Source: a virus
Lineage: Duplodnaviria; Caudoviricetes
Direction: 5' to 3' (one strand)
Length of the DNA: 33,732 nucleotides
Virus record (IMG/VR): IMGVR_UViG_3300044670_001884
Coordinates: 1-33,732 of that record
Under the pieces are notes generated by a model. That model was not told where the DNA came from. It did no database searches and worked only from the letters and a program-made list of their open reading frames with translations. Below, piece after piece: positions 1-7,701 of the stretch (its first letter is position 1; each line of letters opens with the position of its first letter). The position numbers were made by a program, and so were the translations under genes.

Positions 1-1
1 A

Positions 2-346
2 ATACTTGTCGAGTGTCCAGTTAGATTGATCTACGTACGCGTATCCTTGCTGCAATAGCCTGCCGTCGCCGTATTTCCTGCACAACAAGCTAATTTCGTA
101 CCCCACGATTTCGTTTGCTGAACCCTTCGGCTGGTCCGGCACCCATTTGTCGCTCGGCTCGCCTTGGTGCCATTCTGCCAACCAACGGAGCATGACACGC
201 AATTCGTCGTCATTGCGGTTTGCTGAAAAGATATGCGTTGCTTCTATGTCGCTGGAAGCTGGATCGAAACCGTTTCCATTGTACGACGCGTTGTAATACA
301 CGTGTTCTTCGAGGTGCCACTCGTACTCGTAACTAACTTTGCTCAT
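2..346 (-). CDS. Hypothetical early-type phage protein, 3' end runs off the window (MSKVSYEYEWHLEEHVYY...)
   Basis: Absent from the ORF track. ATG at 346 is preceded by GAAAGGT and a promoter cassette; I translated the frame open to the window edge (115 codons, no stop). Confidence 0.75.
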   Translation of the reverse strand, partial: MSKVSYEYEWHLEEHVYYNASYNGNGFDPASSDIEATHIFSANRNDDELRVMLRWLAEWHQGEPSDKWVPDQPKGSANEIVGYEISLLCRKYGDGRLLQQGYAYVDQSNWTLDKY

Positions 347-378
347 TGCTTTACCTTTCGTGTGAGCGTCAAAACCGT

Positions 379-407
379 AATTTACCAAAATCCTTGTCAC
401 GTGTCAA
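379..407 (-). promoter_or_regulatory. sigma70-type promoter P3 (TTGACA-17 nt-TAAATT, with extended -10 TG)
   Basis: Minus strand reads TTGACA CGTGACAAGGATTTTGG TAAATT, upstream of ATG 346; same architecture as two other cassettes. Confidence 0.75.
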
Positions 408-420
408 TCACGTGTCACTA

Positions 421-663
421 TCACTGATCTACTGTGATGTCGATAGATCCTGTGCTTTCGTACGCGGCCCTTGCTGCTGAAAGACTGTCAAAATAGCGAC
501 CGCAGATCCATTCTTCGCGTCTGCTTACATATCGACATACGCAAAACTCGTTTGCTAGATCGACTAAGCAAATCCACTCGTTGTATGTGTTGTATACGTG
601 CTTCGCTGTGACTACCGTCCCTCTCGCTTTCCAGCGAAAACTTTGCTGCATGTGTTCTTTCAT
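421..663 (-). CDS. Hypothetical protein (80 aa)
   Basis: Starts 1 nt after the stop of 665..862, with GGGG upstream; part of a tightly packed small-gene run. Confidence 0.7.
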   Translation of the reverse strand: MKEHMQQSFRWKARGTVVTAKHVYNTYNEWICLVDLANEFCVCRYVSRREEWICGRYFDSLSAARAAYESTGSIDITVDQ

Positions 664-664
664 T

Positions 665-862
665 TCATTTCCCCTGTTGGTGAAACGTGTAGAGTCCGAT
701 CACCTGATTTAACGACTCGCATACGACTGAAATTAACTTGTAACGACCAGAAGCTCGCAGTCCTGCTGCGTACTGATCTGCTTCGTATACTTTGGCAAAC
801 GACTTAACGGATACCCTGTCATCGACGCTGCCGCTCCACGCTTTGACTGTAAATTTTTTCAT
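665..862 (-). CDS. Hypothetical protein (65 aa)
   Basis: Strong RBS AAAGGAAGGAAAG before ATG; packed operon. Confidence 0.75.
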   Translation of the reverse strand: MKKFTVKAWSGSVDDRVSVKSFAKVYEADQYAAGLRASGRYKLISVVCESLNQVIGLYTFHQQGK

Positions 863-883
863 GTCTTTCCTTCCTTTCTTTGT

Positions 884-1135
884 TTACTGCTCGATTAGCT
901 CGTAGGGTCCGAAAACAATTTCGTAATCCTCGAGAATTTGGTCTGCGTGCAATGCGTCGAACGTTCGCAGTAGGCACTTTTCCTCGTACGGCGTGTAAGC
1001 GGAAAACTCATAAGTCACTGATAATCCCTCCTCGTTTGTGATTTCGCAGCGGTTCTCCCATTTCACAACTTCTTGCGTAAAATCGCGTCGCATGTCCTCG
1101 TTGCGGAAGTGAGCAATGATTTTTAGGTTCTTCAT
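884..1135 (-). CDS. Hypothetical acidic protein (83 aa)
   Basis: ATGA overlap with the upstream stop at 1132-1134; natural-looking composition. Confidence 0.75.
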   Translation of the reverse strand: MKNLKIIAHFRNEDMRRDFTQEVVKWENRCEITNEEGLSVTYEFSAYTPYEEKCLLRTFDALHADQILEDYEIVFGPYELIEQ

Positions 1136-1278
1136 TTTTGATCTTTCAGTTTTTTTCTAAGTCTGTGAATTTGCTTATTTTGCCGTTCGATTTTGCAAAT
1201 CGCCGCACGAAGGGCTTTTTTGATTTCCCCCTCGGATTGATCTCGCAACGCGGCTAATCTTTTGACTACTTCGCTCAT
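1132..1278 (-). CDS. Small basic coiled-coil protein (48 aa, MSEVVKRLAAL...)
   Basis: C-terminal part of the track ORF 1132..1569; ATG at 1278 overlaps the stop of 1275..1505 (ATGA), which fits coupling better than the long version that would span a promoter. Confidence 0.65.
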   Translation of the reverse strand: MSEVVKRLAALRDQSEGEIKKALRAAICKIERQNKQIHRLRKKLKDQK

Positions 1279-1505
1279 AGGTTCAACCACCTGTCGTACG
1301 TCGCAAATTCTCGTATCTGGTTTAGCACGTGGCAGATATAGCTTTTGCGTATGGATCCATATTGGTGAATTTTGCCGAATCGGAAATCTCTGCGCTGCTG
1401 AACGCACTCCGAGCAAAATCGACGCAACTGAGGCATGTCGTAGACCGTCGCCGTGTAAACGTGGTCTGCGAACACGATGTCGATATACATTGGCTCTTTG
1501 TTCAT
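1275..1505 (-). CDS. Hypothetical protein (76 aa)
   Basis: ATG 1505 is preceded by CACGAAAGGG (the leader motif of the other cassettes) and promoter P2. Confidence 0.7.
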   Translation of the reverse strand: MNKEPMYIDIVFADHVYTATVYDMPQLRRFCSECVQQRRDFRFGKIHQYGSIRKSYICHVLNQIREFATYDRWLNL

Positions 1506-1547
1506 TGATTACCCTTTCGTGAAATGAACTGAAACGTGAGAATATAG

Positions 1548-1576
1548 AATTTAGCTTCGGCTGTGTCACGTGTCAA
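1548..1576 (-). promoter_or_regulatory. sigma70-type promoter P2 (TTGACA-17 nt-TAAATT)
   Basis: Minus strand reads TTGACA CGTGACACAGCCGAAGC TAAATT. Confidence 0.7.
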
Positions 1577-1582
1577 CGCCAA

Positions 1583-1867
1583 TTACACTTCTAAAAAGTG
1601 AGCGTTATCACGCATGTTGCGTTTTTCATACTTGTCGAATGTTTGGTCGACGAGTTTTGCTCGTCGCTTGCTTTTTAGCTTTGTCCACGCCTCCGCTGCG
1701 CGTTTCATCATGTGGTCGTACCAAAACTCCTCGGTCACGTCGTTTGGGCTAACTTCGAAGTTGTCGTACAAATAGCACGACCACTCGGTTGTTCGCATAA
1801 AAGCGACAACGTTTTCTTCGACGCTAAAATGCTGAAGAATTGCGACGTATCTTTCTGTGGTGTTCAT
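1583..1867 (-). CDS. Hypothetical protein (94 aa)
   Basis: ATG 1867 is preceded by CACGAAGGG and promoter P1. Confidence 0.75.
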   Translation of the reverse strand: MNTTERYVAILQHFSVEENVVAFMRTTEWSCYLYDNFEVSPNDVTEEFWYDHMMKRAAEAWTKLKSKRRAKLVDQTFDKYEKRNMRDNAHFLEV

Positions 1868-1903
1868 TTCTCTGCCCTTCGTGTGAGTGAAACGTGAGAA
1901 CGT

Positions 1904-1932
1904 AAGATAATATCGGATTTTTCACGTGTCAA
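1904..1932 (-). promoter_or_regulatory. sigma70-type promoter P1 (TTGACA-17 nt-TATCTT)
   Basis: Minus strand reads TTGACA CGTGAAAAATCCGATAT TATCTT; shares TGGCGTTGACACGTGA with P2. Confidence 0.75.
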
Positions 1933-1969
1933 CGCCAGTCAAAGAGGAAATTCTTAAATTTCGAGCCGG

Positions 1970-2001
1970 TGGTCCGATTTGGTCCGATTTTGGTCCGATT
2001 T
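1970..2001. repeat. Tandem repeat TGGTCCGATT(T) x3
   Basis: Copies start at 1970, 1980 and 1991. Confidence 0.95.
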
Positions 2002-2005
2002 GTGG

Positions 2006-2060
2006 AAACCGGATTCAAACCGGATTCAAACCGGATTCAAACCGGATTCAAACCGGATTC
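2006..2060. repeat. Perfect 11-bp tandem repeat AAACCGGATTC x5
   Basis: Copies start at 2006, 2017, 2028, 2039 and 2050. Confidence 0.97.
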
Positions 2061-2102
2061 TCGGACATTTTCGGACATTCGGACATTCGGAGATTCGGAG
2101 AT
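2061..2102. repeat. 8-bp tandem repeat TCGGA(C/G)AT x5
   Basis: TCGGACAT at 2061, 2071, 2079; TCGGAGAT at 2087, 2095. Confidence 0.95.
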
Positions 2103-2136
2103 TTAGCGTCCGAAATTCCGAGGATAATGACGAATC

Positions 2137-2168
2137 TGTGACACTTGTGACACTTGTGACATGTCACA
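2137..2168. repeat. 9-bp repeat TGTGACACT x2 followed by the 14-bp palindrome TGTGACATGTCACA
   Basis: Copies at 2137 and 2146; palindrome at 2155-2168. Confidence 0.95.
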
Positions 2169-2334
2169 GGTGTTGCGGCACGAAATAAATATGGACATTT
2201 TCGGTTTTACGTTTTGTCCACTTTTTTGCACTCGCAAAGTACGATTAGTCTGCTGCATTTCTCGCACAAACACTTATTGCAGATGGTTTTCCCGTTTGAA
2301 TTACGTTTCCCACAATGATTGCAGGTGCTCTTGT

Positions 2335-2763
2335 ATGTCGCGGCCACGGTATGAAACTCCCGAAGATATGCAACGCGAAGCGGAAGTACGGCAAGCGTGC
2401 GAAAAAGCGTGGAGTTGCAAACTAGAAAAACTAGCTGCATACGAAAAACTAGATTATGCGGCTATCCGAGACGAAAAGCCGGTTGCGTTTGTGGAAATAA
2501 AGTGCAGAAACCACAAATTCGGAAAATTCCCAACTCTTATGTTCGGGACGACGAAAATTGAAAGAGCGTTGTTCTATCTACGAACTTTCGGGCTCGACAC
2601 TTTGCTCGTCGTGAGAGACGCGAGCGGTGAGTGCTATTACACCAAAATCGAGCCAAGCAAAATTAATTTGCATTACGGCGGCAGAACGACCAATACTCGC
2701 GATTCTGACGATGTGACGATGGTATGCCATATCGCAACCGAGCATTTCTCGCGATTGCGATGA
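2335..2763 (+). CDS. PD-(D/E)XK-superfamily nuclease-like protein (142 aa from ATG 2335)
   Basis: Motif pattern E(helix)...LDYAAIRD...FVEIKCR matches the D...ExK core. The track's upstream extension to 2161 looks non-coding; AGGTG precedes ATG 2335. Confidence 0.75.
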   Translation: MSRPRYETPEDMQREAEVRQACEKAWSCKLEKLAAYEKLDYAAIRDEKPVAFVEIKCRNHKFGKFPTLMFGTTKIERALFYLRTFGLDTLLVVRDASGECYYTKIEPSKINLHYGGRTTNTRDSDDVTMVCHIATEHFSRLR

Positions 2764-2764
2764 T

Positions 2765-2818
2765 AGCAACGACCTGCGGGCCGGTGGCGAAGGGAAGGGG
2801 AACCCGCAAGCCGCTGCT
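2765..2818 (-). terminator. 16-bp RNA hairpin at the 3' end of the late operon, between convergent genes (no U-tract)
   Basis: Minus strand AGCAGCGGCTTGCGGG pairs fully with CCCGCAGGTCGTTGCT using three G-U pairs. Confidence 0.55.
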
Positions 2819-3564
2819 TATTCCTCCACCACGGGGGCGGTTTTTGCTCGCTCGGCAAGTATCGCGTCGTATTGTGCTTGCATTTCTGCTTGCTGTGCTG
2901 CAACTGCTTCGTTCACCCCGGTGACGTCACGATTCCAAATAACGCCGCTTAATGTGTTGTTCATTTGGGGCACCCGGTGCGCTTCCATCGTGAAACTTAG
3001 AGTCGTAAATTTGGTGCTTTGGCTCGCTTCGATTGGCCCAGCCATTACACAGAGTGGAAAGTTGTAGCAAAACCAATCTTGCGCTTTGCTCGCGGGAACG
3101 GCTGCTGTGATGCGATTGTCGCGTGCCGGAACGAGAACTATTCTAAAACCGTGAGTCTGAAACAACGGTTCGCCGACTTCCCAATCGTAAATCGCGCCGG
3201 GAACTGAGTAATAGTTCTGTTGCTCAATCCACGTTCGCGTTCGCTGGCTCCAAGTTGAAAGATTGAACGACAACTGCACTATTCGGCCTAGAACCTGCCG
3301 ATCAATCGGCGGACCTTGCGGACCACCGTGCGAATCTGCTGGAACGTCGTTGAAAAACTCTCGCGTTACGATAGCTGTGTCGTCGATCTGCTGCCCCATC
3401 CAGTAAAGTTGCCCTGTCTGGCTCATCGTGTCGCCGATGTAAATATTGACGGCACCGGAAATCTTAACGTCGACTGAGTTGTTTTGTTCTGTTCCCGCGC
3501 CCGCGTTCGGGTCTGGAAGATTTCCGACTGCCTGAGGTGCAACGCGTCCTTTTCTGAGTGCCAT
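2818..3564 (-). CDS. Putative tail tube (major tail)-like protein (248 aa)
   Basis: Pattern ISGAVNIYIG...WMGQQIDD..IV..FFNDVPADSHGG..GPPID...LGR.VQLSFNL resembles the tail-tube beta-hairpin region; directly follows the adaptor gene. Recognised by eye only. Confidence 0.5.
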   Translation of the reverse strand: MALRKGRVAPQAVGNLPDPNAGAGTEQNNSVDVKISGAVNIYIGDTMSQTGQLYWMGQQIDDTAIVTREFFNDVPADSHGGPQGPPIDRQVLGRIVQLSFNLSTWSQRTRTWIEQQNYYSVPGAIYDWEVGEPLFQTHGFRIVLVPARDNRITAAVPASKAQDWFCYNFPLCVMAGPIEASQSTKFTTLSFTMEAHRVPQMNNTLSGVIWNRDVTGVNEAVAAQQAEMQAQYDAILAERAKTAPVVEE

Positions 3565-3565
3565 A

Positions 3566-4081
3566 TTAGGTTCCTCCGCCTTGCGCGGTCGGTAATCGTG
3601 TTATTGGTGGCGGGAATTGCTTTGATCGTACTGTCAAGTCGTTTCGGTTCTGTAGCTGAACCGCTGTTGGGCCCGCGTGGTCGATGATCGTTGCGTCGAG
3701 TTGTTTGGGCAAATTGAAGATGTTTTGCCCGTTTGCCAGTTTGTCTAGCAACGTCCACCACTTTTGCTGCGACGCTTCGGCGTTTGCCGGTATGGATTCG
3801 CCGCGTCGCTCGTATAGGCGAATGATCGCAAGCCCGCAAACAAGGTCTGCGAGATACGCTTTGTTGACGCCTGTAAGCGTCGATAGGTCGTCCACAGTGT
3901 ATTGGCCGCCCTGAATTAAGGCGGCTTGAACTTGTCCCGATGCTCCGTCGAGAGCGGCCAAAACCGACGGGTGTGTAGCAATAGCGCCACGGGATAGGTG
4001 CTCGCGATTATCGGTCGCAAGATCACCCACCCAATCTATGTCGTAGCGTGCTGCTAAATCATTGCCGTCGGCGTAAGCCAT
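3566..4081 (-). CDS. Mu gp36-like (DUF1320) head-tail adaptor (171 aa)
   Basis: MAYA..NDL..RY start, ALDGASGQV...Y, LVCGLAIIRLYERR, and a final LLDKLANG helix; lies just downstream of the capsid gene. Confidence 0.75.
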   Translation of the reverse strand: MAYADGNDLAARYDIDWVGDLATDNREHLSRGAIATHPSVLAALDGASGQVQAALIQGGQYTVDDLSTLTGVNKAYLADLVCGLAIIRLYERRGESIPANAEASQQKWWTLLDKLANGQNIFNLPKQLDATIIDHAGPTAVQLQNRNDLTVRSKQFPPPITRLPTAQGGGT

Positions 4082-4088
4082 AATTCAC

Positions 4089-5132
4089 CTACGGTTGAAC
4101 GCAATTAGTGAATCGGAACGCGGAAGCTGGTGCCGTTGCAACAACGTCGAAGTCGTCGACGACGTTACCGACGGTGCGGCGATTATCTTCATCGTCTTTG
4201 GTGTAAACGGTCATGTCCTCCTGAACGAACAAGTGTACGCTCGAGAAAGATGGTCCACCGGATTCGGCGACGAGGCTGCCGGGTCGCGCGAGTAGGTATG
4301 CTTGCACCGGATCGCATAGGAAGCCGCTTGCAAGCGTCGCGCCACGCTTGCTGCTAACCTTGACCGCATCCTCTACAACGATAGGAATACCATACAAATT
4401 GTCGGGTAGACCGTACTCGCCCCATTTTCCTACTTCGCCCTTAACTTGGCTGTAGGCGTCCGGGCTGCTCTTGATGTGGTCCACAATCTCTTGCGACTCC
4501 GCCATTGCGTGCGCTGCGTGTGGACTTAGAACCAACTGCAAGTCCTTTCGGCGAACGACCGAAAGCGTTGCAATCATCACTTTTTCGACCGCAAAGGCAA
4601 GCGAGCGTTTGATGTCCTGTCTTGCGACGGTCGATTGATCCCACGTGCCGGTGTTTCCGGGGATAGAAACTACGTCGCTCGAGTGATCGGTTGCCCAAGT
4701 TCCGGCAGCTTGCAGCAAGCCGTGAACTTGTTGCGTGCGAGCCGTCATTGCCTGCTGCGCTTTGATGCGAGCGTGCGACTCGACGATGTTCCAGTCCGCT
4801 TGCTCCGCACTTTTTCGACCGATAGTAAAGTCGAAGTTGTAACGCTCGGTCTGGTAATCAGCGAACGTAAACGACTCTGTGCCGTTGTTTCGCTCGGGTC
4901 GTGGCGAACCGTCCGGCCATACGAACTCGGCTAGATCGGAGCTCAAAACACGCGCCGCTTCTTCAGGCGTGATTTTTAGATAGTAACCGCTCGATTTGTT
5001 GACGTTGCTTAGCTGGATATAGCTGTTTAACGCAAAATCGTCTGGGTTACGTGAAAATTCAGTAATAAGGCGTCCCGACGCATCGAGATCCTTTACGAAG
5101 GTGTTATTACCGCCGGGATAAGCGTATGCCAT
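4089..5132 (-). CDS. Major capsid protein (HK97 fold, 347 aa)
   Basis: Size and position after protease and cement genes; LVLSP..A...LYGIPIVVED is typical of HK97-fold P/A domains; AGGA RBS. Confidence 0.85.
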   Translation of the reverse strand: MAYAYPGGNNTFVKDLDASGRLITEFSRNPDDFALNSYIQLSNVNKSSGYYLKITPEEAARVLSSDLAEFVWPDGSPRPERNNGTESFTFADYQTERYNFDFTIGRKSAEQADWNIVESHARIKAQQAMTARTQQVHGLLQAAGTWATDHSSDVVSIPGNTGTWDQSTVARQDIKRSLAFAVEKVMIATLSVVRRKDLQLVLSPHAAHAMAESQEIVDHIKSSPDAYSQVKGEVGKWGEYGLPDNLYGIPIVVEDAVKVSSKRGATLASGFLCDPVQAYLLARPGSLVAESGGPSFSSVHLFVQEDMTVYTKDDEDNRRTVGNVVDDFDVVATAPASAFRFTNCVQP

Positions 5133-5135
5133 TTT

Positions 5136-5189
5136 TTCGTCCTATTTGGGTGGGGTGTTAGTTGTGTTCGCGCCCCCGCCCGGGACGAA
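5136..5189 (-). promoter_or_regulatory. Structured leader overlapping the capsid-gene RBS
   Basis: TTCGTCC pairs with GGACGAA (covering the GGA of the RBS), enclosing GGGCGGGG/CCCCACCC. Confidence 0.45.
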
Positions 5190-5201
5190 TCTAAAGTTTG
5201 T

Positions 5202-5594
5202 CTAAGCAATTCCGATGGTTACTAGAATTTTTGCTCGACCGCCTGCGTCTGCTCCTTGCGTGCAAACTCCGGCGTAGGCAAGGCCCGAGCCGACTGCGGC
5301 AACGATTCCGTGCCCGTTTGAGTCGGGAGCGACAAGTTGCCCGGCGGTAAGGTTTGCGCCAGCAATTACTTCGCAACTTTCAGTCGCTTGATATACACGC
5401 TTGCTCTGACCGCTGGGTACAGCGTACGTGTTTGTGTTTCCGGGGATCGGTGCGTCCCATAAGCTCTCGTGCATCACTCCGATTGCTTCGTCCGTCGCGC
5501 CTGCCGTAATGACTTTGTTATCGGCTGATAGTTTGACGAACACGCTCGGATTGATATTTGCCCCTGCTTTAAATTGTTGTCCGTTACCGGCCAT
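5202..5594 (-). CDS. Capsid cement/decoration protein (DUF2190-like, 130 aa)
   Basis: Small Gly/Ala-rich protein (AGANI..FVKL...AIGV...VIAGANLTAGQLVAPDSNG) between protease and capsid genes; GAGGA RBS. Confidence 0.75.
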   Translation of the reverse strand: MAGNGQQFKAGANINPSVFVKLSADNKVITAGATDEAIGVMHESLWDAPIPGNTNTYAVPSGQSKRVYQATESCEVIAGANLTAGQLVAPDSNGHGIVAAVGSGLAYAGVCTQGADAGGRAKILVTIGIA

Positions 5595-5627
5595 TTTCGC
5601 TTCCTCTGTTTAAGGGTTGTTTTTGGT

Positions 5628-6137
5628 CTATTCTGATAGCTCGGTTTTCGCTTGCGATACTGCCTCTTGATAAGAAAGTCGTTTTCCGGCTTTGATTCCA
5701 GCGTTTACTAGATCAAGAGCTCTGTCTGCAACTTTTGCCGCAAATTTATCGCTGTTTACGTCGCCTGCGGCGAGAGTGCCGTCGTACCCGAGTGGGATCA
5801 TCGGCGAAGCTGGTGCCGACGCTGCTGCGTAATGCTGGATAAGCTCTACTCGCTTTTCAAACTCGTCGTTATCCATTTCTGAGCCGTTTGCATACAAGCA
5901 CTCGTCCATCTCGTTTTTGAGATTGACGGCTGAGTATTGGTGCGCGAGGTGAGTCAAACGCTCCTTTCGCTCTGCGTCGATTGCGTTCTGGCGTAGCTGC
6001 ACAACTTCGTGCTGCGTGGCTGCGTACATCTGCGCTTGCTCGGTTAGCAAAGAGTCGTTGTGCTTTTTGAGCTCGTTTAGCTCGGATCGCATTTGCTGGT
6101 TTTCAGCGGTTAAGGCTGCATACTGGTCGCGTCGCAT
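5628..6137 (-). CDS. Putative internally initiated scaffold (Mu Z-like, 169 aa)
   Basis: In-frame ATG at 6137 with GAGGA 7 nt upstream, at the start of the coiled-coil region. Confidence 0.5.
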   Translation of the reverse strand: MRRDQYAALTAENQQMRSELNELKKHNDSLLTEQAQMYAATQHEVVQLRQNAIDAERKERLTHLAHQYSAVNLKNEMDECLYANGSEMDNDEFEKRVELIQHYAAASAPASPMIPLGYDGTLAAGDVNSDKFAAKVADRALDLVNAGIKAGKRLSYQEAVSQAKTELSE

Positions 6138-7661
6138 AGAATTGTCCTCTGCGGTAGTGGAATAACGGTGATAGCCCTTAGTGGCTCCGAATTGTGCTGG
6201 TGGTGCTGCGGCGGCGTCTTGCGCTCCCGGTCCTGCGAGTATGCGAGCCAAAATACCCGGCTTCTTTTCTTCTGAGCCGCCTCCGCCTCCGCCCATCCCC
6301 TGAATTTTGTTCGCCACGGCGTCGACTGCCATATCCGAGCCAATCTCTTTTGCGGATTGCGTTAGTCCCTTTTTTGCGCCGCCACGTGCTGCCGCGCCGC
6401 CCGCCGTCCGTGCTGCTGTGCCTCCTGCTGCTCTCGCGGCTGTGCCTGCTGCAACTCGTCCGGCTGCCGCTAACGCCGGTGCGACGTTTCGATCAACGCC
6501 TTTTCGCATTGCTGAACCGGCTTGGTTGTTTAGCATGTTGTTCGCGTGGATCCCCTGCATCGCGGTCGTCAGCCCCATCTGACCTACGCCGTTTTGCTCG
6601 ATGGGCATTGGTGCATCTTCGACGTCCTCCTGCACGTACTCCTCCTCCATTTCGCCGCCTTCCATCATCGGGTCGCCCATCATCGGGTCGGGCTCCGCCA
6701 TCGGTGGCTCCGGCATCCCGCCCGCCATTGGATCATCCATAGGCATATCCCCGAGCTCATCTTGGCCGGTGTTGACGGGCTGTTCGTCTCCAATCATTGC
6801 GGCGGCGTTGCTAATCGTCTGCCATTCCTCGGTGCTCATTAAAGCGTTGAGCACTTCGCGAATCATGTCTTGGTCGACGGGGGTACTGCCGTACATATCT
6901 GATTTGCCTTTTTTTGCTGTTTTTAGTCGTGTATTAGAGCCGCCCGGAAACGACGCTATCGCTGGTGTCGCGTCGTATCGCTCGACGGTTATCGCTTCGG
7001 AGTCTGAATCGGCGGCATACTGCGCGGTGGTCGGAAGTGGCAATCGCGGTGCTTCCGACAACGCGGCGATGGGGTCGATATACCTACGACCGTTAGCTTT
7101 CAACTGCAACACTTCGACCGAACGATTTGGCCTGTCGCGCAACTGTTCGGTTTTGTCGTTACGCTGCCATTCGTTCGCAAAAATGCCCCATCTTGGGTTC
7201 TTTCTTCCGACCATTCCGAGCCTGTATGGTCCGACGAAACCAAGGTTTTTTGGTGGATCTGGGTCGCGATACGGTGGTGGAAGCGTGTGTTTGTCGACTA
7301 ACGCGGTGTACGCATCGGTGTCTTGTATTCTGTGATTGTTTTCGCGAACGATCTTTGTTAATTCGCTCAAATCGTAGTTTGTGATTTGCTCGGAGCCGTC
7401 TGGCCCGTAATTAACTTTTTCGTGCTCCATAAAAAACGGTCGCGGCTCCGTCGGCGAGTATTGCTCGGCTCCGAAATACTGAGCCGCTCGAGCGTACATC
7501 TCGTTGCCGCGAGCGTTGTCCCACGCTTGCCATATTACGCTGTTTCGTTGCCCCGGATCCGGTAATACCGACGCAAGTGCATAATGCGACCGCACGATAA
7601 AATCCTCTTCCGATTCATTCGCTTGCGGAACTGGCATTTGTGGCTGTACTGCTGTAACCAT
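5628..7661 (-). CDS. Prohead protease/scaffold (Mu I-like), 677 aa, with a long low-complexity middle
   Basis: N-terminal domain with candidate catalytic His (LVDKHT) and Ser (PNRSVEV...IAALSEAPRLP), C-terminal coiled coil, and canonical position before cement and capsid genes. Confidence 0.75.
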   Translation of the reverse strand: MVTAVQPQMPVPQANESEEDFIVRSHYALASVLPDPGQRNSVIWQAWDNARGNEMYARAAQYFGAEQYSPTEPRPFFMEHEKVNYGPDGSEQITNYDLSELTKIVRENNHRIQDTDAYTALVDKHTLPPPYRDPDPPKNLGFVGPYRLGMVGRKNPRWGIFANEWQRNDKTEQLRDRPNRSVEVLQLKANGRRYIDPIAALSEAPRLPLPTTAQYAADSDSEAITVERYDATPAIASFPGGSNTRLKTAKKGKSDMYGSTPVDQDMIREVLNALMSTEEWQTISNAAAMIGDEQPVNTGQDELGDMPMDDPMAGGMPEPPMAEPDPMMGDPMMEGGEMEEEYVQEDVEDAPMPIEQNGVGQMGLTTAMQGIHANNMLNNQAGSAMRKGVDRNVAPALAAAGRVAAGTAARAAGGTAARTAGGAAARGGAKKGLTQSAKEIGSDMAVDAVANKIQGMGGGGGGSEEKKPGILARILAGPGAQDAAAAPPAQFGATKGYHRYSTTAEDNSMRRDQYAALTAENQQMRSELNELKKHNDSLLTEQAQMYAATQHEVVQLRQNAIDAERKERLTHLAHQYSAVNLKNEMDECLYANGSEMDNDEFEKRVELIQHYAAASAPASPMIPLGYDGTLAAGDVNSDKFAAKVADRALDLVNAGIKAGKRLSYQEAVSQAKTELSE

Positions 7662-7701
7662 TTTGTGGTTTTAACCCTTTTTTTCGATTCATTGCAAGCT
7701 A

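Noticed and set aside
31-213. 60-aa minus-strand ORF
   Set aside because: Nested out of frame in the longer, promoter- and RBS-supported ORF starting at 346.
1132-1569. 145-aa ORF as a single gene
   Set aside because: Its start lies inside promoter P2 and it overlaps the better-supported 1275..1505; only the part from ATG 1278 is retained.
1970-2168. CRISPR array or mini-array
   Set aside because: Units are 8-11 bp and directly adjacent with no unique spacers; no cas-like gene in the window.
1926-2188. Track ORFs 1926..2141 and 1979..2188 (+)
   Set aside because: They are translations of the tandem repeats, lack an RBS, and one overlaps promoter P1.
7669-7697. Possible promoter TTGCAA-17/18 nt-TTAAAA/TAAAAC before the protease gene
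   Set aside because: Poor -10 match, and the start site would fall downstream of the likely RBS.
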